The notes under the pieces: generated by a model
What the model was told of the DNA's origin: nothing
The model's database searches: none
What the model saw: the letters and a program-made list of their open reading frames with translations, nothing else
Assembly (NCBI GenBank): GCA_964276515.1
Contig: OZ193910.1
Coordinates: 4,030,001-4,094,000 of the forward strand
Origin: Gordius albopunctatus
Taxonomy: Eukaryota
Direction: 5' to 3'
DNA: 64,000 bases
Part shown: positions 25,672 through 38,189 of the stretch, piece by piece
Numbering within the stretch: the first letter of the stretch is position 1
Layout of the letters: each line of letters starts with the position of its first letter
Position numbers and translations under genes: made by a program

Positions 25672-28600
25672 TCAAGTATTTTCATTGGCACATTCAAAAG
25701 GGAATTCTTGTAGATTATCTTCCTTAAAACCTTCACGATCCTCTGAAAAACCCGTCTCACAATGGTCTTGAATCGATTGGGGCAGCAGTGCCGGATTTTC
25801 ACAATTTTCAATGGAATTAGAACTAGAAGCGCCCTCAGCCTGGAGATACATGTATTTAAAAATAAGAATATTTTCACTTTAAATAAAAAATATTAATACT
25901 TTTTAGTAACATTTATTTATCCTAACGCCGTCGCATTCTTTAATTACAAATTTAATTTATAGTGCAATAACTGCTCTGATTAATACCATGCCACAAATTG
26001 GTCCACGTCGAAGCAGCTTACAATGCAATATAAAAAGACTTTAGGCGTTATACCCAGCCCAAATGTTTAGAGGACAATTGCCGTCTTCAACATAACAGAA
26101 TATATGTCCCATTTCAAAAATCTTAATTAAGGCCTTGGATTCAACATCTCAAGTGGCCCAAACTTGGATAAAAAAGATAAAAAGGAAATCAAATTAAATA
26201 CACTAAACAAAAAATTCTTTGAACTTTATTTGGAGGTTTACAACAACCGGATCTTTTCAGAACAATTTTAGAATGCATCAAACTAAGTATCTCATTGAAC
26301 ATTTATTTACTATCTAAAAGTTGAATTAGATACTCCGTTAAACTTTTGGGTTAATTCATTTATAGAGCAAGTCGAACAAAAAGAGGCCCGGACCTGTCGA
26401 AAAAAGACTAAATTGACTTCTAAAAAGCCACGTTACAAAGAAAAAGATTCTAATTTTCTCTTAGCCAAATCGATTTATGTCTTATAAATTGCCATCCGAT
26501 CCTTTTAAATATTATAATAAGAAGAATGTGCTGGAATACCGTAGCGGAGTTAGACTGGTGGTAATTTTCACCGGGCAAAATATCCCCGTTTTCTCCGTTC
26601 TCAAACAAATTTTTGATCGCGTCGCTAGTGTAAATATCACCACACCTTGAGCCCCCTTCTCCTCGGTCCGGCTGTGAAATTTGCCCAAAATCGATGGCCC
26701 GACTTTCAGTTGCGGTAGCGGGTTTTTGATTATCTTTAAATTTTTCTGGATCGTCCAACAACGTGTCTTGTTGCTTGATGAGATCGTCGAAACAAAGCGT
26801 TTTCCGTTGCAATTCTTCCTGCCACATCTCCTCAACTTCCATCTTCCGTTTTAGAGCTAATCGCAAAATACCAAAAAAGATCACCAATTGTATCAGAAAG
26901 TTGATCCAGACAAGAATAAGACAGAACAGATCAAAAAATCGGCTTTAAACTGCTAGCAGTTGAAATTTGCGAAACTGTTGAAATTTGAGTGGGCTCGATG
27001 GTTGAAGTCTCATACCGTGAAAATAATCAAGAAGACATAACCAATTTTACAAATTAAGGAGCATTTGATAAGCCACTTAATTTGGATAAGGACACTCTTC
27101 TATGAAAAATGTTATTTATAACTCCATTAGTATTTTAAAAAAGGCTCGGCAAAATCAAAAATGCCTGGTTACATTATTATTAAGCACCTCGCTTTAGAAG
27201 GTTGAGAAATTTTCAGCAAGCACCCAAAGCGTGTAACTTTACCAGTAAAGAAGAGACTTACATATCAATTCTAGCCTATTTACTTCCCGTTCCACCATGA
27301 TGGTCGATTGATGTTCACTCAATTTATCCTTGAGTCGCGGGGTGAGTTTCAACTCGGTCACCACATAAGACAAATGCCTGGCATCTAAACGCGGAAAAAA
27401 CAACTTTAAGACACATAAATTTTTTAAAACCATACTACTATCTTAAAACTAATATGTAATGACAAGGCTAAAAAAGTTAGAATTTTGAACTAAAAAGGGC
27501 TTTCAAAAAAGTTTTAAAGTGATCCTTTCATGCAACATCCTGGTGCTAATAAACAGATTCGCTTCGGCGCGTTTAAATAAAAATTGCAAAAGTCAGAACG
27601 GTTAATCATGGGGGTAGCAATTAAAGGGGGGGGGGGGTAAAAATGATTTAGGGAGGTTTTTGGATTTAGAGGTAGCAACCGCCTTGCCCCCTTCCCCACA
27701 CTCATTACCGTCAACATAAATCTTTAAGGAATCTTTCTTTTAGGTTTTTCTAAATTATGGCTAGCTTCAAAATGTAAAAAGGCTAAGCCCTTACGATCGA
27801 CGATTCGCTCGTAACGGGGATTATTTTCGGAGAAAGCGTTCTTCTGCAACATGCTATTTTGTAGCTCGTCCAAATGGGTTTTGATTTCGGTTATGAAACC
27901 GGACAAAAGACCTAGCGACGTTATCTTTTTCCAAAACATGAACGATTCTAGCGCAATAACAAAATTTTGACATAAATATATATAGAGAGAGAGCATTTAG
28001 GGCGGTAGGGGCATGCTAATATAGGCTTTGTATTTGAACAAGAGCTCTCGGGTTCAAATCCCGCTTTCAACACTTTGTTTAAAAAAGCTGTTAAATATGT
28101 CACATCGTCAACAGGGCTGTCAGGTCTGGATAGCCGAGCGTCACCCCTCATCCAAATATTTAAAGAACCTGACCACCTTAGTATGACAAATGGCTATCGG
28201 ATTTTTATATCTATACTATATATATAAAATTCTCGTGAAACGGTATGTGTGGTTAAACTTCTCCGAAACGGCTGGACCGATTTAGATGGAAATTTATGCG
28301 AATGATTGGCAGGTCTCAGCCTAGGTTTTTAACTATATTCCGAATCTCTAAGTCATAAGACAGTCGAGTTATTTAGTTTTATGCGTTTTGACGTTTACTA
28401 AAATGTCACTCAAACGTAACCTCGTGACGTACTCCGTATCTACCGTGTAGGTAGTGTGATAAATGAAGTAGGCATGTGTTGCGGAAAATGGAAACTTTTT
28501 ACGATAAATTTTTTTGCTTATTTTTCACGTCATTTATTATTATTATAGGACGGTCGTGTCCCCTCCTGCGTGGCTAAATAAATTATATACTCTAATTTTG

Positions 28601-31600
28601 TCATTTTTTGCGCGTTAAATAAGGAGAAAAATGAAAATACAATTAACAAAGTGCCAATTAATGTTGATATATCTCAGTTCTTCGGACATTATTAAGTTCA
28701 CAATTAAAATTTTCATTCAGAAACAAATAATTATAATTATGATATTGTTTCTTAATTACAAAAAAATTAAAAAAAATTGCTTGAAGGGCCAGGGGGCCAA
28801 AGATTTTTCCCTTAGGGGGGGGGGGGCAATGGGGCCAGGTTTTCTCTCTTAGGTGGGCCTGGGCCTTGGACCCTCTTTAACTATTTGTTTAACAAATTTT
28901 GCATAATAAACACTTATCAATTATATTTGATATATTCTTAATCTATTGAAATTTATCTATAAGATGATATATATTCTGCTAATACACCCGGGTAAATGGC
29001 AAAACAACGTTTGCCGGGTTCATCTAGTATATATATATATATACACTAGGTACTAGCTGTGCCGGGCCCGTTGCTTTGCCTCATTCCTTAAGTGGTTAAA
29101 TAAGTATAACCTATCAATAAGACTACTTATCTAAAATGGGGTCATAATTGAAATAATAATTCAAATAAATAAATAAATATCCATAATATTTATTTAGAGC
29201 ACGAATTTAATATAATAAAATAATTAATTGAAGGATGGATAATTATTAAAAATATGCTTCCATGATCGACCACGTGATAATAATTTAAATATTATTTATT
29301 TAATTGTAATAGTTTGTTAAACCTCAATAATTTTGACCGTATACTGTAACATTTTTATTATACTTTTAAATATCTAATGCGAGAAAACTTTAGCCTTGTA
29401 TGTATGACGTCATTATTGTATATGCTGCTATAAATGAAACTGGCCGGGAAATGTCCGATATTTTTAAAATGAAAAGCTATTTTAGGATTCTGAAAAAGCT
29501 ATTTTACCCCTGGCCGCCCTGGGCATCTACGGCTAAATTTTCGAGCGAATCGGGCCGGTAGTTTCAGAATTAAGCCATTTTTTAAAACTAAAAGGCCCAT
29601 ATTTTTAAAACTAAAAGGAATTTTAGGATTCTGAAAAAGCTATTTTACCCCTGGCCGCCCTGGGCATCTACGGTTAAATTTTCGCGCGAATCGGGTCGGT
29701 AGTTTCAGAATTTAGCCCTTACATACATACACACATACATAGACTTTACTTTATATATATAGATAAAGATTGTAAAATTTCGGAATAATAGCAACCTGCA
29801 AGAAAAAGTACAGTGAATTATTAAAAGATTAAATTGTCATAGAAATAAGCAGTATCATCCTATAAAGTTACTAAGATCAAATCAATGGTAAATCTTGAAA
29901 AATAAAATTAATGAATTTACTGTCTATGTCGGAGAGAGAAGCGTCGATAAAATTGTCGTCATATATTTCGCTGGTGGTCGCCAATGGTGATCCTATACAT
30001 AAAATTAAGTTTTCACTAGTAAACAAGCAATTAAAATATATATAAAAAACCAAATTACTCTCTTGAAAAGTCATTATATATTGATGAATTTAACAACTCT
30101 AAAAACGATTCCTAAAATTCAACAATAACAAGTGAGGTAACTCTCAATAGGTAACGAGACCTAACTATTCATTATGCATCTAACGGTGCATTTAAGGTTA
30201 TCTGTAAGGTGCCTGGGAGGGGGGGGGCCAAAACATAATTTTTTTTTAATTTTTGAGAGTTTTTGTACCGGAGGAAAAAATTTCCTTTAGGGGCGTACGC
30301 CCGTGCCCCCTTAATCTCTATCCAACTTTATCCATTCTAACACAACTCCAAGCGCGAAACCTAGAATATTCCGCGTCCTTTTTACGCAGACCACAATTTG
30401 GAAATCTAAAAGTGCGATACAACTTTAAAGCATTCGCCGATTTTCGGTGCTTTTTAGATGTTGATGATTTATATCTTTGTATCTAGCCACCATGTCTTTT
30501 CGTTTAACGCAATACAATATATATGCGACTTAGTCTTTGTACAAACAAACTTTTTAGGGCTTGTCTTAATATCGGATTTTGCTGCGCAGCAAAAATCGTT
30601 GTATGGGTTATAACATAGTCGTGTCTAAACTTCGAATTCACACCAGATTTTCATTTCAGACGCATTATACTATAACGACGATTAATCTCAAGAATTGAAA
30701 TATAAAAAAAACAGGTTTTGACTATCAAAAAACAAAATATTAATAATTACAATCGAGTTTGACACATGAAATTGAATCGAATATTTGATAAAGATAAATT
30801 CGCGCCGTTTGAATCTGAATCCGATATTAAGACAAGCCCTTAGGTAACAAAATAGACGCTGTGTAAAGGCGCAACGTAATATAACTTCTTTCACTTTTGG
30901 GAGAAGATGCGTTTAAAATCAAAACCGGAAAAAATGATAAGGAGTTTTACCGTCGGATTCTTGAGCATTATTTTCGAGATCGTCGCTGATCGTATCGATA
31001 CCCAAAGAGGCGAGGTAAGTGAAGGGGTTATCAGAGCTCATAGATTCGTCCTGACTTCGCGAACAATCATTAAGGCTAGCATCGGGGTCGGCTATGTTGA
31101 GACGGCCATTCTCGGTCAAGGCCTGGATTTGCTGCAGCAACATAGATTGTCCTATGGCCCTTTGCAAGCCTACGGGGGAAAAAAAATTAAATCGACCAAG
31201 GGGCGAATATCTTTGCATATCCTAATTTATGAGATTCAATAAGAAACGTTGCTCTAGGTGTTGTTGAATCAACGTTCAACAAAAATACTTTGAAATTCCG
31301 AGCTACGCTTTAAAATTCGACTTTAGTCGATATCGAGTAAAAATCGTAAATAGAATGCATCAACTATACATATATTGTTACATTACACTCTGATTTTGTG
31401 TACCTTATACACCAAATTCTTAAGCAACGAACACCAAATCGGTAAAAAGACGACGACAAATTCAAATAACGCTGGATTTTAGATGGGTTTGTAAGAATGA
31501 TACCTAGTTTGTCAATTGCTAAAACACACACATAAACTTGTATTAATTCCGACTTTTCGAGACTTCGACGGTAATAAATTTTAGTAAACACCGATTCGCA

Positions 31601-34600
31601 TAGCAGTAAATTTCGAATTCGCAGGACTCTAGTGAGCACACTCACTCAAATTGGTAGAGAGACCGGAGGGCCTCTTATCCCCCGACCCATTGCCGAGCTG
31701 GGCGAGGGCGCGTTTATTGAAATAATTCATGCGTCGCTTGAGATTTCGATTTTGGCGTTGGCGAGATGCCAACAGGGCGGATGAGGCAGCATTGTAAGTC
31801 GGGGTCATGAGGGGGGAAAAGGGACCACTGGGATCGGGTTTGTTGGAATCATCTTCGCCCCTAGTTCCCTCTTTAACGCCCACACCTTGCGAGGAGGATA
31901 AATTGTTCGACAGACCGACATCTGAAATCCCATTATAACTCGTGCATTAACAGATGATGGGTGAAACAAAGGCGAGCAGGTTCGGTGGCAGCGTCGTAAG
32001 AACGCCTCTCGGTTTCGCTCGGACCAAGAAGATTTTGGTCTGTCGGTGTTTACTCGGCTAAAACCGAAGCCCTTATTACGACACCATTTGGCGACGACGC
32101 AAAGATTTAAGCAACTACCCCCCCCCCCTTACTCCTTTTAATATCGGATTTAGCTGCGCAGCAAAAATCTATAGCCCCGTGTCTTAACTTCGAATTCACA
32201 GCAGCAGATTTGCATATTGGGCGCATAACATAACAACAGCGATTTTGTAAGATGCAAATTCGTTCCTAAGCTTAAATGTTACGTATGCTGTTAAATTTAT
32301 AGGTATCGACGAGGTTTAGATTTAATATCTAGAGTTGAAATAAACGAGGAACGTTTTTAACTATCAAGAAACAAAATATATTATTAATTACAACAACCGA
32401 GTTTGACTCAGGAAATTGAATCGGATATTTAGAAAAAGATAAATTCGCGCGATTTGAATCTGAATCCGCCGATATTAAGACAAGCCCGTACTCCTTTTAA
32501 TATTCAACAACTAGGCGAGAGAGGTGCTAGACTTAGTTGGCTCGTGAAATTGTAAAACTTGCCAAAAGAGTGTAGATCCGATTCCCGAAAACAATTGAAG
32601 GAAATGAGGGTAATGCCAACTATGATAGTTATACTTAATGAATTTAACGCACGATTAAAACTTTATTTGGGAGTAGTGGTTCGAGAGAAAGCTGCTTAAA
32701 AAGAGATAAAACTAAAAAGTTAGGCCTTGCTTTTCAACAACTATACTCATAAAGTCTGATGAGAGGTGGCGCAAGAATTCAAAAGAAATTTAAAGCTGAA
32801 CCTTAGTGTTACATGAGGATCAAGGTAGGCAAATGGTGCAATTGATAAAACCCAATGACATAGCTAAATATGTTTTCTGGTGCAAATAACAAAGCTTGCC
32901 TAAAAACTTCACGGGTAAAAACTTACTAAAACATTTTAAAAAGCGTTAAACCAAGTTCTAAAGCGACGATTAAAATCGAAGCTCAGACCGTTTGTGAGAC
33001 AGATATTTAATGGGAATAAAAAGCGTTAAACCAAGTTCTAAAGCGACGATTAAAATCGAAGCTCAGACCGTTTGTGAGACAGATATTTAATGGGAATGGC
33101 TTATTTTCTAATCGTTTACCATAAAAAATTAATATTACGGAGGTTCGATCCATTTAAATGGATTTACAATCAAAAAGTGATCAGGAGCTAAAGCAAAACA
33201 AATGCCTGTTATTCAGTTGACTTCCATTGAGACCCTAAAGAGAGTGGTAAGGGGGGGGGGGAGTAGGTTGAAAAATATAATTTCTTTGCAAGTTTGTAGT
33301 CCAAATCATAGTTAATAGTCGACCAACCCAAATTCAATATTTGCACACGTATTTTAAAATCAGCAGACGTGCGCGCCGCTATAAGGTATAATTTTGCTAT
33401 TCTCTGTAATCTCAACAGTTTTAATGCCAAAATGGTATTTCTGATATATAATACATATGTATGATATCTAGGTATAAATAATCTCGACACAATAAATCCG
33501 CTCCGCTCGCTCTCCCCAAATCCTAAAATATTGCATATCCTATAAAAAGAGCGTTAAAATATTAAAAAACGTGATCGCACAATAGGTTTTGAAATTGGCT
33601 CGGTATTTTAGAGATCGGGCACAGTAAAAGTATGCGTAAAATTTTGATTCCGAATTAAAGGGTCAAAGTTCTCAAAACGGAGTGAGTGAGACTTATAAAG
33701 ATTTTTGAATACCACCACTGGAGCAGCAGGGGTTTTCGTTTGAGGCAGGCGAAGGGGTAGTCGGGGCATCGGTGCCATCTTTGAGTTTTAGGTGCACGCA
33801 CTTGTGGCGATACAGATTGGAGGTACCCATGTGGTGGGAATCGTATCTGTAAACCTGAAGAGGTGGTAGTACATCGAAAAGTTAAGCCATTTTTCGGGCT
33901 ATAAAAGTCATAACGCTATTTAAAATGACAAAAATTCTCTTTCAAAGTAACATTGTATTATCTCACAATTATAATGTGCCCGTATTTAATGTTAGAAAGT
34001 GGGAATACTAAGTACTTTGACGGTTGACAAGTAAAACGTAAACGAAACCATTTTAATTAGTCAAATCAAAATGCATTTAAACAGACATAATCTTACAAAT
34101 GAATAATAGGATAAAAGAATTATATTCTAGATGGAAATATAAAGCGTCAAATAATATAACCCCATTAAAGCAAAAAACAAACGGGCTGTGAACAGTTTGT
34201 GTAGAAGTTAAATGATAATATGTCGATAAACTTATATTATATCTAATTCAAGATTAGAGAGATAGAACTAATGGCTGCCTTAATATATACTATTGCATTT
34301 TTATGGTTCCAAATCCCAAAGATCCAAAAAACATTAGTTGTCAATCATAAAAATTATTAAACGAGGTTTGAAACTTCATAAAACTAATTATTATCATTTT
34401 TAAGCCGATATTCATACATTTAAGGAGCCCGTGTATAAGGAATCGAACAAAAATTGAGTTAACCCCTACGATGTGTGATTCAAGTTTCCCCCCAAAATAT
34501 CTCAATTTAGCCCTTAAGGGGATCCCACTTTCCGCAAAATCTTAGCCGAGCTTTTAAGGATTATTTTTGAGCCGCACCTGATGGCACAAATTGCAGGCGA

Positions 34601-34772
34601 TGTGCATAGTTTTTTTGCCGTTGAACAGTATGACCAAAAAGGTCCTCCAAACGGGACTTTTGACGTTGCCCCCTCGGGCCACGAGTTGGATGCGGGGATC
34701 GTTGGCCCGGATGGCGTTGCTGAGGAAATCTTTGTCCATGAGTTGGGTCAGTCTCTCCATTTCGGCCAACGA
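25672..34772 (-). CDS. Unnamed BED zinc-finger protein, ~550 aa from ATG 34760. Exons 34772-34578, 33854-33713, 31921-31646, 31169-30951, 29992-29921, 27947-27795, 27384-27262, 26856-26540, 25839-25672
   Basis: Nine GC-richer exons join in frame (1653 nt from ATG to TGA). N-terminal KSPVWRTF...IACNLCHQ|VYRYDSHHMGTSNLYRHKC is a hAT-type BED finger, followed by a basic RNLKRRMNYFNKR segment, Ser/acidic low-complexity regions and a helical/coiled-coil segment. Confidence 0.82.
28000..28205 (+). mobile_element. tRNA-derived SINE with RTE-derived body and tail
   Basis: T-arm/B-box CGGG-TTCAAAT-CCCG; 43-nt core (28102-28144) matching the RTE at 45727-45769; tail ctgaccac..tgacaaa..gctat.gga resembling the RTE 3' end. 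Confidence 0.75.
28210..29027 (+). mobile_element. Non-autonomous Helitron
   Basis: A|TCTATACTATAT start, 3' hairpin ggcaaaacaacgtttgcc, CTAG|T end. Confidence 0.85.
29053..29763 (-). mobile_element. Non-autonomous Helitron with an internal tandem duplication
   Basis: Minus strand A|TCTATATATAT start, (TATG)n-like microsatellite, GC-rich segment then CTAG|T; duplicated units near 29457-29580 and 29600-29720. Confidence 0.82.
30330..30486 (+). mobile_element. 3'-terminal remnant of a CRE-like LINE, same family as the 59.4-kb fragment
   Basis: SASFLRRPQFGNLKVRYNFKAFADF..DDLYLCI* aligns with SVSFLLRQHLGILVARYNFKSFADS..NDIDLCI* of ORF 59459-59806. Confidence 0.65.
30557..30839. mobile_element. 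PIF/Harbinger-type MITE
   Basis: 22-bp TIRs GGGCTTGTCTTAATATCGGATT / AATCCGATATTAAGACAAGCCC with TTA target duplication. Confidence 0.85.
32138..32488. mobile_element. Second copy of the Harbinger MITE, left TIR truncated
   Basis: Colinear with 30557-30839; right TIR intact. Confidence 0.8.
32938..33097. repeat. Perfect 80-bp tandem duplication
   Basis: aaaaagcgttaaaccaag...tttaatgggaat twice, period 80. Confidence 0.95.
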
Positions 34773-37154
34773 CTAAATCGTAATAATATTCATCGTACGG
34801 TTGGTTCGTTAGTTAGTAAGTAACGTGTTAATGCCAATCTTCTTCGATTGTTTGGGGGGGAGGGGGGAGGGGGGTAAAAATCTATACGTGTACACTTTTT
34901 GGTGGGGATGTGAGTTATTTGAAAGCATCGAACGAAATGCACACGACGACAAGTAGAGAATGTTGCAGAGAAGGCGAGGCCTCACAATAAGTTTTGACGC
35001 AAATTCGCAAAATGGCCAATATGACGAAAAAGGGAGAAAAAATGAGGTTGGGGCACTCGTTTGTAAAACGTCGAAAGGAGTCGTGAAAACTCTCGGAAGC
35101 TATGTAAGTAATTGGGGAATCTTGACCAAAAATCAACGCTTTGGCCGATGACTACTTATACGATAAACGGGTAATATTAATAATATCCATTCTTATCCCA
35201 TTAAGGCTTTACGGTAATATCATCGCATTTTAACACTTTTTAATTTTCCTCCCTCACCCCTCCCCCCCTTGGCTACGCCCATGCTGCTAGTGTTGTAAGA
35301 TTAACGGTCGCTTCTGATCGTCTGCTTTTCAAATTTGCACTAAGCCTAGAGGTCGCCCAAGGAAAAACACAAAACCTCGAAATTTTTATAAAACACTAGA
35401 ATATAGCCGTAAAAATTAATTCGATCCACCATGGACCCCCTTCTAAATCTAACAACTTGTTGATATTTATTTAAATTATGGCTTAAATTTCCAAAAATGA
35501 TCATCATTGCCCCTCCCCCTCTAATCATTCACCAAAATTATAAGGAAAACAGAGTAACGACACAAAAACCATTCGGTTAATTATAGTACGATGCTCAGAC
35601 TTTGCGATGATTCAAAACAACAACTCACGAAGTGGAAAAGATCGAAACTGAGTTGAGTACATTATAAATTATTACTAGCCCCTTATAGCCTAAATATAGG
35701 CTGTGATCGGGGGGGGGGGGGGCATAAGAGTCCCTCCGCTAAAACCTTTAATTAACAAAGCAGTAATTATTAAAATAATCTATCGCAATTTAAATTGCAT
35801 AAATGTAATTTGAAATTTTTATTCTATTTCTCACCCCTTTCGAAAGAGGAACGTGAAGAAATGTTATACTTTAAACTGATTGTATTAAACAATTTAATCC
35901 AGCAGGCGTTTAATATAAAACATTTGATTTTTTTAGCCCAAAAGAGGGGGGGGGGGAATTATAACCCCCGCTTCCTCACCTACCCACATAGACAGACACA
36001 AGGGAACGAAGGCGAATGAGTACCATGCGGCCGAGACACTAAATAAAAAAGCGGATATATCGATCGGGGTAAAATGGAGGCAAGAGGGATGAAATGAATC
36101 GGTCTGAGTCGCTGGAAAATAAAAATGCCTTGCATCCCCCCCCCTCCCTCAACACTCATCTAGGCTTGCAAAAAAGCCAATTTTATCCGATTCAAATCTA
36201 ATAAGAGCGCATTTTTTAAAAATTATAAATTTTAATGGAGGTCCAGAAGTTTACAAGATTTAGAAATGTGTTGCCGCCAGGTTTATGGTTATGTAATTAT
36301 TTTTGAAATAAGAAAGTGAAGGGAAACACCAACACCGAATATGCTGCAATAGAGAGCCAAAAATTGGGAAATTATTATTATTTTAAAACTGTGGATTAAT
36401 TAATTTTTTAAAAGTTAATAAACGCCTAAGTTTTGGTCATTCGATCTCTGTCTGGCCTTCCCCGAAATTTAAAAACTACATCAGATTCGATCGTTAGTTT
36501 CATTTGAACCAAAGGAGAACCCACCCGTTTTTACAGCACTACTCACTATAAGCTATGATGAAAATTTAAAAAATTTTGTTAAAAAAAAGTAAGCCTATAT
36601 TCAATTGAACCCTTGAATCGTATATAATAAATCATATGAATATTATTTGAATGGTGACTTAATTTATCATTAAACAGGACAAAACCTCTGTGAAAAAACA
36701 ATGGGTTTGGGAAGGTATTTACAAATTCATCTAAAATTAAAAAAAAAATCTGAGACCAATAAATCGCAAAATAATATTTATTTCAATTCAACAAGAACTT
36801 TTGTAAAATCAAGTCCGCTTTTTAATATCCTATTTGGAGCCCCCCCCCCTTCATAAATTCTTGGGCTTGCTTAATCGATCGGTTCGAATGCGAATAAATT
36901 GACGCGTCCTGCAAACGGGTTAACCTTAACCATCTGTCATCTCATTTATATGCAAAAATGTTCAAAGTTGTTATGGGATAGGGTAGGCCATACAATTTTA
37001 TTTTCCCCCATTTTTGGGTTATTATCAGCTTTGTAAATTTTATAAATTTATTCTTTTTTATAATATTTAAGTAAACCATTGCTAAGTTAAATATATATGA
37101 TTTAGTTGTAAAACTTGAGTTGGCACCTAGTCTCTAAAAAGGAGATGTAATCTG

Positions 37155-37308
37155 CATAGGCAAAACCAGGATTGGAATTAGAGGGATTCAATAATGATTT
37201 AGGAGAGGCAAAATAATAAATTTTTGAAATTTTAGCTAAATTATATGAAATTTTAACAAAGTTTTGGATTTAGAGGGGGGCAGCTGCCCCTCCCTGGCTA
37301 CGCCCATG
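37155..37308 (+). mobile_element. hAT-type MITE with perfect 8-bp TSD
   Basis: CATAGGC...CTGGCTACGCCCATG flanked by GTAATCTG. Further family copies near 1256, 3528, 6386, 12521, 14059, 22828, 27607, 55555, 57500 and 62827. Confidence 0.88.
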
Positions 37309-37664
37309 GTAATCTGTATCTAGTACAGTAATGAGATTCAATTGAAAAATTTCATTTTGAATTAATATTTCTATATATTTTGACTTTAATATAAATGCTT
37401 TTATTATAAAATACAATCATAATAATTGCATTTTCAACTTATTATACATTTGAGGTGGATAACTTGTTACATATTAAATAAAACAAAAAACAATAAAAAT
37501 ATAACCTAGAAATCATTTTAGCACTGTCCGAAAATGCCTGAAATCCTAACTAAATATAAGCTATATTTATTATTTAAATACTCTAAATATGCACAATAAA
37601 ATATCTTCCAATATGTAGATTATAATTAAATAGCAATAAGAATATAGTTTTTTTTGAAATTTAC

Positions 37665-37832
37665 CTCTTCACCAGCTTTTTGAGCAAGATCATGTTTATA
37701 TCTTAGATGACTTAAAAGAGATGATGTAGAATATTTGGAGCCTCTTGAAACGATGGTTTGACATATTCGACATATAGCTTTTGTTTCATCATCCGTAACT
37801 ATATCAAAATAATTCCAAACGGGACTTCTCAT
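37665..37832 (-). CDS. BED zinc-finger exon: either a small stand-alone protein or an upstream exon of the 34.7-kb gene
   Basis: MRSPVWNYF...AICRICQ...STSSLLSHLRYKH is a canonical C2H2 BED finger ending at donor GAG|GTAAAT; a ~35-nt intron-like segment lies just upstream of the ATG. Confidence 0.7.
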
Positions 37833-37938
37833 AATATCTCAAAAACCTATAATATTAAAAGTAACAAGGATAGTTATTCACAATAAATTAATTTGATATC
37901 GTTTTAACTGTTTAAAGTCATTATGATACAAATGGATC

Positions 37939-38112
37939 TGTGACACGTCAACTTGCCGAAAACAATCTTGCCGAATTTAATGTCCCCCAGTTAAAAAAAG
38001 GTCCACCGTTTTGTGATTGGTTGAATAAGGGACGATTTTTAATTAGGGGACTTTTTTTAACTGAGGGATATTAAATTCGGCGAGATTGTTTTCGGCAAGT
38101 TGATAGGGCACC
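37939..38112. mobile_element. Mutator-type palindromic MITE
   Basis: Long TIRs (tcaacttgccgaaaacaatc.. / ..gattgttttcggcaagttga) with 9-bp flanks aaatggatc/aaatggttc; half copy at ~53636-53708. Confidence 0.78.
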
Positions 38113-38189
38113 AAATGGTTCGATGTAACAATTTTACATTTCACCAAAAATTCAATTCAGCTCCAATCTACATCACGCATTAAATATGG

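Noticed and set aside
30907..31242. Plus-strand ORFs at 30907, 34581 and 26763
   Set aside because: Antisense shadows of BED-gene exons
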